Positions 11,686 through 25,326 of a stretch of 64,000 nt of DNA are shown here, piece after piece. The stretch is from Okamejei kenojei. Lineage: Eukaryota. The notes beneath the pieces were generated by a model. It did no database searches and had not been told where the DNA came from. It saw only the letters and a list, made by a program, of their open reading frames with translations. Made by a program: the position numbers and the translations under genes. The stretch spans positions 25,668,001 through 25,732,000 of the forward strand of contig CM069155.1 in assembly GCA_035221665.1 (NCBI GenBank). Reading direction: 5' to 3'. Numbering within the stretch: position 1 is the stretch's first letter; each line of letters begins with the position of its first letter.

Positions 11686-14600
11686 ATGGAACTATGTATC
11701 TGCACCCCTACGGTTCTCTGTTCTACCATAGTGCCTAGGCCCCTCCCATGTGCAAGTTCTGCACTGGAGTGCCTAAGTCTTACTAAAATGCAACACCTCG
11801 CACTTATCTGCACTTGTTGGGGAACCTGCACATCCAGCAATGAATTTCTTGGTTTCACCAGGCTTTGCTCACAAAGCTTACTGCTACTGTTTACATCAGA
11901 TCTTCCATGTAGGTGTCTGGACACTGAGGTAGTCTGGACACTAAGGCAGTGGTTCTACTGAGAACAGGCCTGGCACCTACAGCTTCACAGTGCTGGGGAT
12001 TAATGCTGAGGCTACCTGGGGCTCCTGTACTCATCACTCTTGAAGATTCTTGGAGTTGATGAGCACAGGAGCAGATTTGCCTATGAGAATATCCTGTCAC
12101 TCTTGATAAGAAACCACTAGATGCTGTGGAACTTTCACTTGGTGATGAATAAATGAAGATAGATTGGGTGACATGGGGCTGTTGGATGGGGGCAGTGGGA
12201 TCAATGATCCAGTAGTGATGTGATATGTTAATGTACAATGTGCCGTCTGTTTTGAAAGAAGTGAATGTTATGATAAATTTCTCTTTGCCACTAAGCTACT
12301 GGGTCTGTGGACGTAGTTGAAGGACATAAATTGTTTCTCTTCTCCCACCAGCTGCCTTATTAATTCTGAGCACAAGGACGTGCGTTATTGTGAGATGGGA
12401 AGTGAATGAATCTCTGATTAAACTGTCAGGTTCAGCAATGGGACAAATCCATCATCGGGCTGTGTCTGCCGAGCAGTGAACTATAGATGGTGTCATTTGG
12501 TTCCCTACGGCTCTGTACTTGTGACTGTATCGAGCACGCTGCACTCCTGTATATTTACTCAGTTTGCTACTTGCTATTATTATTCAGATTTATATTTTGT
12601 GAAACTGTTTAATTTCATTCCTTAAAATAGTGAAACCTTTAAGATTCCCCATAATGAGCCCCTGAAAACAAGTCACGATTCCAGCTGGATTCTAGCAGAG
12701 GGCAACAGTAGTCCAGTATAAACATCAGCGTTTTCTGCTGCGCCTTGCCCTACCCTTCTCTCCCTGGGATAGTGTGCTGCTGGAGTGAAACTTGGAGGCA
12801 GAGTGTGAATAAACATGGGATGAAGTGTGAAAAGCTGTAAAATGCAGAACTCTAGGAATTGCCCAGCTGCTGTTTCAGTGCGAATGGAGAGAGAAAAAGG
12901 CAGCCAGTTTCATTGATGAATGACCTGGCTGGTTCTGATTCAGAGAAATCTAGTTACCTTAAGAGAGTGGTGAATCAATAATGTGCACAGATGAGGTACT
13001 GTTCTCTAACTTATATCGGGCCTTGTTATCACAAGCCAGGAGGCCACAGACTGACTGGTTGAACTGAAATGAAGTGGAATAATGCAGATGTTCTGCAAAT
13101 CAGTTTTTTGCTTTGTTTCTTCCTTGTAAAATAAATTACACGAAATGCTGCTTAAAACAAAGTTGTTTTCTATATTTTCCAGTTTTGCTGAAGGCGCTTT
13201 GACTGGAAATGTTAACTTCTCTTTGATCTCCACAGATGTGGCCTGATCTGCTGAGTGTTTCCAGCATTTTCTATCTGTTATTTCCACGTTTGCCGTTTTT
13301 GTATGAATATTTGGGTATTGTGGGAGCTCCTTTAGGCAGAAGATAACTTGTTTGGACATTGCAAATCTGATAAAATGCACATGTAGTGTATTAAATTGCA
13401 CTGAATTATAGAGAATGAAGACACTAGAGATAGCAGGTGCTGGAATCCTGAGCAAAAAGCTGCTGGTAGAACTTGGCGTGTCAGGCAACATCTTTTGGAG
13501 GGAAATTGACAGGCTGTATCTCTAAACTAAACTATGTTTCAGGTCGGGATCGTTCATCAGTGAGTTCAAGAATTGGAGAATTTTCTGCTGAAATATTACT
13601 TCAATTATTTTGATTGAGATCATTGGGGCAAAGGTGTTGTTTTTACAATGGAAATTTAAAATAATCCGCATGTCTTCCATGAACCAATTTTAAGGTATTT
13701 TAGACCTTTCCTCGTGTGAGACCATCTGACTGTTAGGCAGAATTCATTGAATGTTTCCGATGTAGTTTATAAAACTCTTGTCTCCTCTGTAGAAGTAATT
13801 TATTGGCACAGACCATCGTTATAGTAACTAATAACAAAGTGTGATCTGGTGTGTAGCTGGTGATTGGCTCCTGCTGTGTGAGATGATGGGGAGGCAGTGA
13901 GTAACTTGCCTGCAGTAGCGGGCTCATTATCACCTGTGACCTGTGGCAGAAGGGAACCATATCTAATGGAAGCGGAAACTGACACATTAGCTTCAAGATT
14001 CCAGTCTAGGAAGGAGAAGACTCATTGCAATCCAATAAACAAGGTGTTTTCTTTCCTGATGCAAGATGTGGTGTTACCAGGTCACTCTGGCCTTCATCTT
14101 TCACCTGTGAATATGGAAACTGAAGTGGCAGTAACTGGGTACAAGGCTGTTGGCCATCAGTTCAGTATGCATCAGTGTAATTGTGATATGTGGAGTACAA
14201 GTAACCCCTGAGACCCATGCAAATGTTCAGTGAGAATTTTCCATCTGAGTATCAGTAGGTTACTTAAACAGGTGTTTCAGATTGCCTTGCCCAACTTCCA
14301 CAAACCTGTCCAGTTCGCACTCATGCAGATGTGAAAAATCACGCTTTCCATTTTCCTTGCACATTCATGGTCTCTCGCTCATAGGCTATGTATTACTGTT
14401 CATTGTTCCTACTAACCCAACAAAGTGGGAGTAATAAATGACCAGGACCGATGCTAATGTGCTACATAAATATTGTGATGTATCTATTGGCTGTATCTAT
14501 GACTAAGATTTAGTCAGAGGTTGGTTGTCTCGTGGCAAGTGACTCACTTCCTCATTCCCTGTCAAGGTCTTTCAAATATTTACAAGACAAAAGTTAGGAG

Positions 14601-15387
14601 CATGTTGGAGTAATCTCCATTTAATTGAATAAGTGCGATTGCAACAAAACTCAAACCTCAGAACCAACTGGGAGAATACTTGATAGACCGCCTCCTTAAC
14701 TTGTCACTCCATTTATAAGCAGTGCATCAAGTGTTCCATCTACACCTGCACCACAATTTCTCAACTAGGCTAAGCAGCCATTCACGTAAATGGCTCACAC
14801 CTTCCTTCTCGAGCTATTAGTGATGGATAATGACTGTTGGTCACGTCCTTTGCTCGGAGCCAAATGAAAACTCAAAAGTGGGTACGTAGCCTCCTTTTTC
14901 AGAAAATGAAATCTCTGTGTGATTGCAGTTAGATTTCTTGGCTGTAAAGGAGATTAGAAACTAACTTGTTAAATGTAAACTAAATGTTAGGAGCATGTTT
15001 TGTGGAGGCAACTGCTTTGTGGATGCAAGTGGGGATGGGCTTCCTTTATGGTTTGTCTATGCTGGGCTAATTACACACTTTAACCACGGTGCTCTCTCTG
15101 AGTCTGGGTCTTGATTTTCCAGCTCCCGTTCAATTACAGTCCAAATCCTTTTACATGTAACAGTTCAAAGATGTAAATCCATCATTAAATACAAACAGAA
15201 AATGTTGAAATGGACAATTAACTCTTCGGCTTCCAAAAGAGAAAATGGCCAGTGTATGTTTTGGAGGAATTGTGCATGTTATATCTTTTTATTTACTTTT
15301 GTTTTGAGATCTGGACCTTCCCTGATTGCAAGACTATTTCGTCTGGCATTTTGGGATGGCACACATTGTGTTTGCTGTCTCATTTAG

Positions 15388-15603
15388 ACCAGAGACAAAG
15401 TACTGACATGACTAAGGGGGTCAGGCAGCATTTCTGAAGGACATGGATAGGTAACGTTTCTGGACAAGACCCTTCTCCAGTCTGAAGAAGGGTCCCAACC
15501 CGAAATGTCACCTATCCATGTTCTCCAGAGAGGCTGCCTGACCCGCAAGTTATTCCACCACTTTTTTTTTGTAAACCTGCATCTGCAGTTCCCTGTGTCG
15601 ACA
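15388..15603. mobile_element. Penelope-terminus-derived foldback element
   Basis: Inverted arms (ggtcaggcagc...catggataggt and acctatccatg...gctgcctgacc) with a core at 15482-15509. Confidence 0.75.
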
Positions 15604-15924
15604 AATAGATGGGGATTGAATAAGCGCAGCAGATTTCCTTGAAGGACATCGAATCCAATGATTCACGATTTTTAGGTTTTATGGTCATCATGACTGATTA
15701 TTTACTGCCAATTATTTACTATCCAATTCCACTGCTGCTGAGACTTGAACTCTGATCAGAGTTGAACGGCTTGAACTCTGATCTCTCAATGGCTTGTCCA
15801 GGGTTGTATATTATTGTCATTTAATTCAACATCTTCCACCATTGTACTCCAGTCCACGAGTAATTGCTTTTACATTATGTCGGTCTCGAATGAAGAATTT
15901 GCATTGAATAAGCTGTTCATTGGA

Positions 15925-16830
15925 CAAAGGACAGTACAGTAAAGGAATAGGCCCTTCAGCCCACAATGTGTCTGCTGACCATGATGCCAAATAAATCTAA
16001 CATTGCCTCTACCTGCATTCCCTGCCTATTCATGAGCCAGTCTAAATGCTTCTTAAATGCCACTATTGTATCTGTTTCTATCACACCCCAGGCAGCATGT
16101 TTCAGGCACCCCCACCCTCCAGATTAAAATGAGAAGAATTGCCTTGTACCATTTTAAACTTCCCCTCTCACCTTAATGCTATGTCCTCTGGTATGTGACA
16201 TTTCCAGCCTGGGGAAAATGTTGACTATCTACCCTATACATATCTCATAACATCAGATGCTTGTATCAGGCCTCTCGACAGCCTCCGTGAGCTCCAAAGA
16301 AAATAATCCAACTTTATCCAACCTCTCTTTATAGCTAATACCTTCTAATCCAGGATGCATCCTCATAAACCACTTCTGCACTCTCCAAAAGCTCCACATC
16401 CTTCTTATAAGAGGTGACCAGAACTGCACACAATACACCAAAGGTGGCTTAATAAAAGTTTTGGGAACACTGTAATTTGGCTTCCAATTTTTGTATTCAG
16501 GGCCCTGGTCAATGTAAGCAAGCATTTTGCATACCTCCTTTGATATCCTATTCACTTGTGTTGCCACTTTCTTGGAGCTATGGGCTTGCACCCTAAAATC
16601 TCCCTGTACATCAACGCTGCAAAGGATCCTACTGTTTTCTTTAAACTATCCTCTTGCATTTGACCTCCCAAAGTGCAACACCTCTCATGTCCAGGTTAAA
16701 TTCCATCTTCTATTTCTCTGCCCATATTTCCCGCTGATCTATATCCGGCTGATTCCGTTGACAACCCTGTTCACAACTCTGCCAAAGTTGGAATTTTTGT
16801 GTTGTCTGCAAAGTTACTATTCAATCCATA
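15925..16830 (-). mobile_element. CR1 LINE fragment
   Basis: PLVYCVQFWSP...GISYKERLDKVGLFSLE on the - strand. Confidence 0.8.
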
Positions 16831-18149
16831 TAGATTATCATGGTTAAGGTGACTTAAAAGGACCAAATTATTATAAAAATTCCACGTTCATTCTAGGTCT
16901 TTGTATGTGAATTCCTGCTTTTTCTCCAACACTGTCACTGTCACACGCCAGTATGATTTCTATAGAAATTGTCATAGGATTGGGGAGGGTGCAGAGGGCA
17001 TTCACCAGAATGCTGCAGACTTGGAGCATTTTGGTTATGAGGAGAGCCTGGAGAGGCTAAGTGTGTTGTCCCTGGAGTAGAGGTGGTTGAGAGGGGATAT
17101 GATTGGTATTTTAAATGATATGGGTCAAACATGGGCAAATGGATTTAGATTTTACTCAAACAGTCCCATGATCTTTGCACAGGGACAATGTTCTGATTTC
17201 CTGTGTCTGCGCATTATCCATGATTCTCCCACTTGAGGCTGTTAAACTGGTGCATTCCATGGATGGATTTGAACAGTTGCTGTGGCAGCTGTTCACTTCT
17301 GTTTCTGTGTGATGTCTGGATGCATATCAAAGGTTTATATTATGGAAGTTTCCTTTTCTGACTGGATTCAGGTTCTGCCACTTTGAGAAGAAGCACTGTG
17401 GATTTGTGCAGCTATTCGGTCAACTGTTAGTGAAATCATGAGAGAGTGTGCCAATCTTTCAGAAGGATAGAATGTGACTTTCTGAGCAAGCCAAGAATGT
17501 ACAAGTGGCTGTAAATTAGATAGAGGCAGTCTGCAACACAATTGTCCTGTACAAGCAAGGAGGCAGAGTGATGCTCAACAGGACCTAGAACAAGCAGCTA
17601 TATCAGGTTTTCTATAGCATCAAACTTATCTTACTCCTTGATGGACCAGACCTGTGCTCGTAAACCTGAACCCTGAGGTATCTGACACTTCCATTGGGTG
17701 TGTTTCTGGGAGTGGCACTAACTCCTGAGCCAGACGGTTTAGAATGCTGCTGGGTCTGGTGCACTGACAAGGTGTCTTCTACAGGCTATTTGAGTGCATC
17801 TGTCATGCAGACTTTCCTGGGCTGCATGAAGACTGTTGAGACCTCCTGAGAAGGATACGGAGGTGAGCGGGCATCTCCTAGCTGCGCAATGTATTTTTGT
17901 TGTCTTCGCACAGGTGCTGGTCAGACTTAATGTGGAGGGTGTTCATAGTCCTCATACCTCAGCCCTGCTAGGTGGGAGTGTTCTGTGATATCTTGTACTA
18001 TGTAGAGTGTCCTGTGTTGCTTCTGCACCACAAGGTCCCATCATTCCCACCCTCGTCCCAGAGCTGATGTTGTCCTGCATTGTCCCTGCTCCACGACATA
18101 CTTACTTTGACACTCTCTAAGTCAAACATACCTGGCATAAGTAAAAGTG

Positions 18150-18312
18150 GAGATGTACACAAAATGCTGGAATAGCTGAACAGGACAGGGAGCATCTCTG
18201 GAGAGAAGGAATGGGTGAAGTTGACCCATTCCTTCTCCTGTCCTGCTGAGTTACTCCAGCATTTTGTGTCTATCTTCGATTTAACCCAGCATCTGCAGTT
18301 CCTTCCTACACA
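18150..18312. mobile_element. foldback element of the same family, hammerhead core deleted
   Basis: acacaaaatgctgga...ggagagaaggaatgggt pairs with acccattccttctcc...tccagcattttgtgt. Confidence 0.72.
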
Positions 18313-18674
18313 TAAGTAAAAGTAGAATAAGTCAGTTGCCCTGCTTATAAAGATTGTAAAGGCCAGGGAGATGTAAACTTGAATTGAATACATTTTACTA
18401 GCCAAGTATGTGTATATATACAAGGAATTTGCCTTGGTGCTTTGCTCGTAAGTAACAACACGATATACAGTAGACAATTAAAAATAAAAATTATAATTTA
18501 AACATGTGACGGAATGCCTGAAGTAATCCTGGATCTACATCAAAGACAAGCAAAGCAGAATTAACTTTTTGGACTTTCATTGGCTTGAAACCTGGTTCTC
18601 CTTACATTTTTTTAAAATGTTTCCTTCCTGCCCTCTCTTATTCCCTCCTCACTTCTCTCCCTCTCTCCCCGCAG

Positions 18675-18836
18675 CTTGCAAAGAAGTACAACCTGGTCGT
18701 AGTCTCTCCAATCTTGGAGCGGGATGAGTCTCATGGTGACACATTGTGGAACACTGCAGTGGTGATTTCCAATACCGGCAAGATTCTTGGCAAGACCAGG
18801 AAGAACCACATTCCCAGGATTGGAGATTTTAATGAG
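18675..18836 (+). CDS. UPB1: beta-ureidopropionase exon 5 (catalytic Lys, RKNHIP)
   Basis: Long pyrimidine tract plus gcag acceptor, donor gtgaga; 162 nt. [54 protein letters not shown]. Confidence 0.98.
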
Positions 18837-19814
18837 GTGAGAGCAGAGTTAAGTGTTAAATGTTTCAATGTGTAAAGTATGGTGAGTGCAGCAGCTGTTT
18901 TCTGGGGGATGTATTTCTGGTCTCTTTAGCTAGCAGGTGACAGCATTCATGTAACTAAGGAGATTGTGCTGTCCAGTTACCCTGAGACTAAGACCTTCGA
19001 TGCTGAGCTAACTAAGGGAAGGGAGCTCCTGCTCAGTGTTGCAAGGACTTGCTATGATGATAGTGAGCTACTGATATAGTCTCTGTCCTAACGAAGGGAC
19101 CTTGCTCATGGTTGTTGTCCACTGATTACATCAGCAGACTAGGGCTATGGGTCTATTTATTATTGTCAACCATGCAGTGAAAACTTTGATTTGCTGCTAT
19201 CCAGGCAGATTGTACCATATGTGACTACAATCAAACCATACACAAATCCAACACATAGTACAAAGAGAACAATAGAGTGCAGCATCGTATTAAAGAGAAG
19301 GTGCAGATAACCTAAACTTGCTAGGGGTGCAAAAAGATAGGTTAGCAGATCTCCTCTTTTAGCTTCTAATAAGTCAGTTCAGTAGTCTGATAACAGCAGG
19401 GATGAAGCTGCCCCTGAAACAAAGTCTGGGTTTTATATGGCACTTTTCATGTTCCTGAGAGGACCTCTCCGTATGTTCAGTTGCAAGAAGCACAGCAACA
19501 ATCTGCCTCTTCAACGGTCCTATTTGCCAACGCATTACCCAACTTTTCAGTTGATCTATATTCTCCTGCGTCTTTCAACAACCTTCTTTGCTGTGATTCA
19601 CCAAGTTGCAAATTTATTAGTCAGACCACCTACATTGTAATCTAAGTATTTATATATTACAAACAACAAACGCTCAGCACCGATCTCTGCCATACAAAGT
19701 CAAAGTCAATTTTATTTGTCACTTGTTTATACACCACCTGTTAGATTTTTCCACCCCTCAACCATTATCCTCATGTTTCCTTTACACCCTTCAACCATTA
19801 TCCTCTTGCTATTG

Positions 19815-20300
19815 CGGGAGTGCAGCGTAGGTTTACAAAGTTAATTCCCAGGATGGCGGGACTGTCATATGCTGAGAGAATGGAGCGGCTGGGCTTGTAT
19901 ACTCTGGAGTTTAGAAGGATGAGAGGGGATCATATTGAAACATATAAGATTATTAAGGGTTTGGACATGCTAGAGGCAGGAAACATGTTCCCGATGTAGG
20001 GGAAGCCCAGAACAAGAGGCCACAGTTTAAGAATAAGGAGTAAGCCATTTAGGACGAAGACGAGGAAACACTTTTTCTCACAGAGAGTTGTGAATCTGTG
20101 GAATTCTCTGCCCCAGAGGGCGGTGGAGGTATCTCTGGATACTTTCAAGAGAGAGCTAGATAGGGCTCTTAAAATTAGATATGGGGATATGGGGAGAAGG
20201 CAGGAACGGGGTACTGATTCGGGATGATCAGCCTTAGTCACATTGAATGGTGGTGTAGCTGGAAGGGCCAAATAGCCTACTCCTGCACCTATTGTCTATT
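19815..20300 (+). mobile_element. CR1 LINE 3' fragment
   Basis: gtgcagcgtaggtttac...ctggagtttagaaggatgagagggg...gtgaatctgtggaattctctgcc...tactcctgcacctattgtctattg. Confidence 0.88.
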
Positions 20301-21291
20301 GTTTCCTGTAACCAAGATAATTTTGGATCCAGTTTGCCAGCACACTTCAGATCCCTTGTGGCTTTATCTTCTGGACCAGCTTACCATGCTGTATCTTGTA
20401 AAAATCCTGCCAGTCTATGTAAACTACATTGACTATGGTTCCTTAATTGATATTCTTCATTACCTCCCCAAAAATGTTCAACACAAAACCATGCTGACTA
20501 TTCCTAATCAGTCCTTGCCTTTCCAAGTGAACATAAATCCTGTTGTAAGGAATTGCTAATTGTGGTTTGTGGATTTTGGAAAATAGATTAAGGACTTGGA
20601 TTGCATAGAACAGTTCTGGACAGGAACAGATCCTCGGCCAAACATGATGCCAAGCTAAACTAATTTCCATTGTCTACATGTGATCCATTCCGTGCATATC
20701 CACGTGCGTAGCTAATGCCAGCAATTCTCCTGTTATTGTTGTGCTAAATGACCACCTAATACATTTAATTTTCTACATGGTATCAGTGTTACATCTGCAG
20801 TTGTCTGTACCTGGTTTGTCTCCTTCTTCATAGTTAGCCTGTTTCCAATTTATGGACGGATCTCAGTAAATCCTCCTAATGGCAGTGCACCCATATCTTC
20901 TCATTGGATCCTCATAACAACACGAAAGAGTTCCAAATCACTATGGAATGTAAATATCCTTCAAACTCTCTCTCTCTCTCCATATTCCTGAAGACTCAGT
21001 GATTTTAAGGCACCACGTATGAGAAATTTCACTATGGAGAGGATATGTTGTTCTCCGCCACCTCCCTTTGCATTGTCTGAAGGGAAACTTATTCAATGTG
21101 GTTATTGTGCAGAGATCTCTTGCTGTCCTCTTCAAGTTGGTGTTAAAAATCGGAGCTTTAAGGCCTGCATTGCTGGGGCAATGACATTGGGTTTGAAAGT
21201 AGGGGTGAGGTCTCCACACTTGGGAATGAGGCAGAAACCTCACCAAGGCCCTGTATCATTGTACCAAGATATCCCTGCATCTGAACTCCAG

Positions 21292-21770
21292 GGTTCACCA
21301 GACTGATTCCTGGGATGGCAGGACTTTCATATGAAGAAAGACTGGATAGACTCGGCTTAAACTCACTAGAATTTAGAAGACTGAGGGGGGATTTTATAGA
21401 AACTTACAAAATTCTTAAGGAGTTGGACAGGCTAGATGCAGGAAGATTGTTCCCGATGTCGGGGAAGTCCAAAACAAGGGGTCACAGTTTAAGGATAAGG
21501 GGGAAGTCTTTTAGGACCGAGATGAGAAAAACATTTTTCACACAGAGAGTGGTGAATCTGTGGAATTCTCTGCCACAGAAGGTAGTTGAGGCCAGTTCAT
21601 TGGCTATATTTAAGAGGGAATAAGATGTGGCCCCTGTAGCTAAATGGATCAGGCGGAGAGAAGGCAGGTACAGGATACTGAGTTGGATGATCAGCCATGA
21701 TCATATTGAATGGCGGTGCAGACTCGAAGGGCTGAATGGCCTACTCCTGCACCTATTTTTCTATGTTTCT
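21292..21770 (+). mobile_element. CR1 LINE 3' fragment
   Basis: GLSYEERLDRLGLNSLEFRRLRGDFIETYKIL...FFTQRVVNLWNSLP. Confidence 0.9.
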
Positions 21771-21988
21771 AATCCTCTTGCAGTGAAAACCACCATATTC
21801 TGTTTTGCCTTGAACTGTTTATTGTACATGTATGTTTGTTTTCAGTGACTTGAATACAAGGACATGCAAATCTATGCGGGCATCAACATTTCCCAGACTT
21901 TATAACACAAAATAACACACAATTTATTTTGTTTTTCCCACTAAAGTGGATTATTTCACATTTATCTAAGCATTTGCCAAATACTTAA

Positions 21989-22110
21989 GACAGACACAAA
22001 ATGTTGGAGTAACTCAGCGGGACATCTCTGGAGAGATGCTGCCTGTCCCGCTGAGTTACTCCAGCATTTTGTGTCTATCTTCGGTTTAAACCAGCATCTG
22101 CAGTTCCTTC
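21989..22110. mobile_element. foldback element of the same family, centre deleted
   Basis: agacacaaaatgttggagtaactcagcgggaca pairs with tgtcccgctgagttactccagcattttgtgtct. Confidence 0.75.
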
Positions 22111-22111
22111 A

Positions 22112-22555
22112 ATAGGTGCAGGAGTAGGCCATTCGGCCGTTCGAGCCAGCACCGCCATTCAATGTGATCATGGCTGATCATCCCCAATCAGTGCCCAGTT
22201 CTTGCCTTCTCCCGATATCCCCTGAATCCGCTATCTTTAACAGCCCTATCTTGAAAGTATCCAGAGAACCGGCCTCCACCGCCCTCTGAGGCAGATAATT
22301 CCACAGACTCACAACTCACTGTGTGAAAAAGTGTTTCCTCATTTCCGTTCTAAATGGTTTACTTCTTGTTCTTAAACTGTGGCCCCTGGTTCTGGACTCC
22401 CCCAACATTGTGAACATTTTTCCTGTCTCTAGCGTGTCAAAACGCTTAATAATGTTATGTTTCAATAAGATCCCCTCTCATCCTTCTAAACTCCAGAGTA
22501 TTCAAGCCCAGCTGCTCCATTCTCTCAGCAGATGACAGTCCCGCCATCCCGGGAA
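22112..22555 (-). mobile_element. CR1 LINE 3' fragment, inverted relative to the 19815 and 21292 copies
   Basis: Reverse complement closely resembles 19850-20290. Confidence 0.88.
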
Positions 22556-24665
22556 CTCTACAACTTCCTACAACTCTGCGAAATACTTGTCACCTCAAAC
22601 AGTCTGTCGTCTTGAAGCCTTTTGTCACACTCTCTTCAAAACACACTCAATGTCACCCTGTTCTGAGTTGCAAGAAAATATTTAAACTCTTCCATTCCGC
22701 ACCATTTTGAATAGCCGAGGCCTAGTTGGCCGATGACTTGCTATCTGTCCCAAGAAAAAAATTCCTTAGGAATTTGGGAGCGCAAGCTGTGTTGACATCT
22801 ATCATTTTTCACCATTAGCAGACAAATGACAGTAAAATGAATACTGACTGAGTCCAGGGGGAAGCATTTATCACAGCCATTATATACAACTGTCATTAAA
22901 CATAGTGAAGCCTAAATATGCAACAGGAACTGTTAGTTTTAAGAGCTCTGCTATTGCAGTTTATTAACACTGAGAAGTGGAAGGCTGCCTAATGTGTTTT
23001 ATTTATAGAATGCACATCTTTTGTATAAAGCCATTAAGGATCAGTCCAGATTCGCACACTAGACATTAAGTGAGGTAGGAAAGGATATCGACAATAGTGT
23101 TAGATTCTGAATCTGAGTGAGAAATAGCTCATATGCAATATACTCTGTAAATATAATGTATTATTCATTATACTATGCCTTGTTTCAGACATTAAATGTG
23201 TTCTAGCTTGATAAGTTTGTATCAATATTTTCTCATGCATATTTTCTATTTGACTGTATAATTTCCCCTTGGTTATTTATAATTCTACCCAAAATTGTGC
23301 TTCAGTCAATAATATGTTAATATACATAACTGGTTCCTTTTGAACAACAATTTGCCCCAAACCTTGAGCAATACTCTGTGCCTGATATGATCATCTTCTT
23401 AGTTCAGAGTGGAGAATTGCAGGGTTTCTGGTGCACAATCAGTTTAATATCCATCCTATTATCTGATTGTAGGGTTAAAGTCACCCAATGCCTGGGATCA
23501 TCTGTGCAATCCATTCAATATGCCCAGCCTTGTCCTCTGGTCTTGCCCCTTCCCCTCTTGTTTTCAGAACTGCTAAAAGCTTTGTTACTGATACTGAGCT
23601 GGACACTGCTGCTCCACTTGAGCATCTGTTGTGGAGCCATTCTGTGGACCAGCAAGGCCCTGCTGTGAAGGGGCTTGTGCTGCAAGGACTCTAGCTCTCT
23701 ACGAGGAGAGAGTGGTGCCTGCCAGATCGCTTCCCAATATTCCAATAAGGGTTATGAGATCCGTGTATTGACAGATGCGAGGGGAATACTAGATCAGCCC
23801 CAGCATTCGGTCCTGTACAGTAAAATAATGGGGCAACATTTAGTCTTCACCATGGAGTACACACTGGGTCCAGGAACCAGCGGTGCCAGCTCCTGCTCGT
23901 CCACGTCCACATGTGCCACCCACATCTGCAGGAGTGGGTGGGTTTCGGACCCTTGGGGAAATAAGCCTGTAATTAGATGGACACAAAATGCAGGAGTAAC
24001 TCAGCGTGACAGGCAGCATCTCTGGAGAGAAGCAATGGGTGACGTTTCGGGTCGAGTACTTCCTTAATTATGTACATACCAGCGCATACCGTGGGTATAA
24101 TAGTAGATGAGAGGAGACTCTGCCAGTTGTTGACACTATTTGAGTTAATAGGTTTGTGATTAAGCGAGTGTTGTTTAGTTTGACAGCTAAAAGCCTGTCA
24201 TTTAGCAGCATAACAAATGTTAACTCGGAGTAATGGAAAGATACAGCATTGAAACATCACTTCGCCCTCTGAGCTCATGTCAACCATCAACCACCCATTT
24301 ATCCTAATCCTACAACAATCCTGTTTCATTCTCCGCACACTCCCATCAGCTATTCTCCCCACCCCCCAGATTTTAACACTCACTTGACACAGACAGCTGT
24401 GGAGTCCAAGTCAATGGATATTTTTAAGGTGAAGATTGACAGATTCTTGATTAGTAAGAGTGTCGGGTTATGGGACAGGAGAATGGGGTTGAGAGGGATA
24501 AATATGATTGAATAGTGGAGTAGAATTGATGGGCCGAATTGCTTCATTCTGCTCCTAGAACGTATGAATGATAGATTGGGGCACAGTGGCTGATTAACCT
24601 ACCTAGCTGCACATCTTTGGAATGAAGGAAGAGACCAGAGCAACTGGAGGAAAACCTATTCAATT

Positions 24666-24845
24666 NNNNNNNNNNNNNNNNNNNNNNNNNNNNNNNNNNN
24701 NNNNNNNNNNNNNNNNNNNNNNNNNNNNNNNNNNNNNNNNNNNNNNNNNNNNNNNNNNNNNNNNNNNNNNNNNNNNNNNNNNNNNNNNNNNNNNNNNNNN
24801 NNNNNNNNNNNNNNNNNNNNNNNNNNNNNNNNNNNNNNNNNNNNN
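24666..24845. other. assembly gap (180 N)
   Basis: Run of N. Confidence 1.
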
Positions 24846-25137
24846 TAACTTGGGTCACAGGAACTGTGGCAGAGAGGCTCTACTATCTTCACCACTGCGC
24901 CACCCACATCTTTGCCAGGAGTTATTCTTTAGTCGTTCGTTGGCAGCTGTTCAGGGAAAACATCAAACCATTTGGACAATTTCTCCCATGATCCTTCTCC
25001 TTCTCCCTTCAGGGAGCGACTGATTTCTGCTTCCATTGTTCACACGCAGCCCACCATACCCTGTCTGAACTGTGTGCCAATTATCATGGATAGGCCAATG
25101 GTCTGTAAACTACAGCTGTGGTCGAATGCTGTATTGT

Positions 25138-25326
25138 GAGCGGGACAGGCAGCATCTCTGGAGAGAAGGAATAGGTGACGTTCCGGGTCGAGACCCTTCT
25201 TCAGACTCTGAAGAAGGGTCTCAACCCGAAATGTCACCCATTTCTTCTCCAGAGATGCTGCCTGTCCCGCTGAGTAACTCCAGCATTACCTTTGATTTAA
25301 ACCAGCATCTGCAGTTCTTTCCTACA
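25138..25326. mobile_element. Penelope-terminus-derived foldback element with back-to-back hammerhead-like cores
   Basis: Palindromic around ttcagactctgaa, with cores at 25177-25204 (-) and 25208-25235 (+). Confidence 0.8.
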
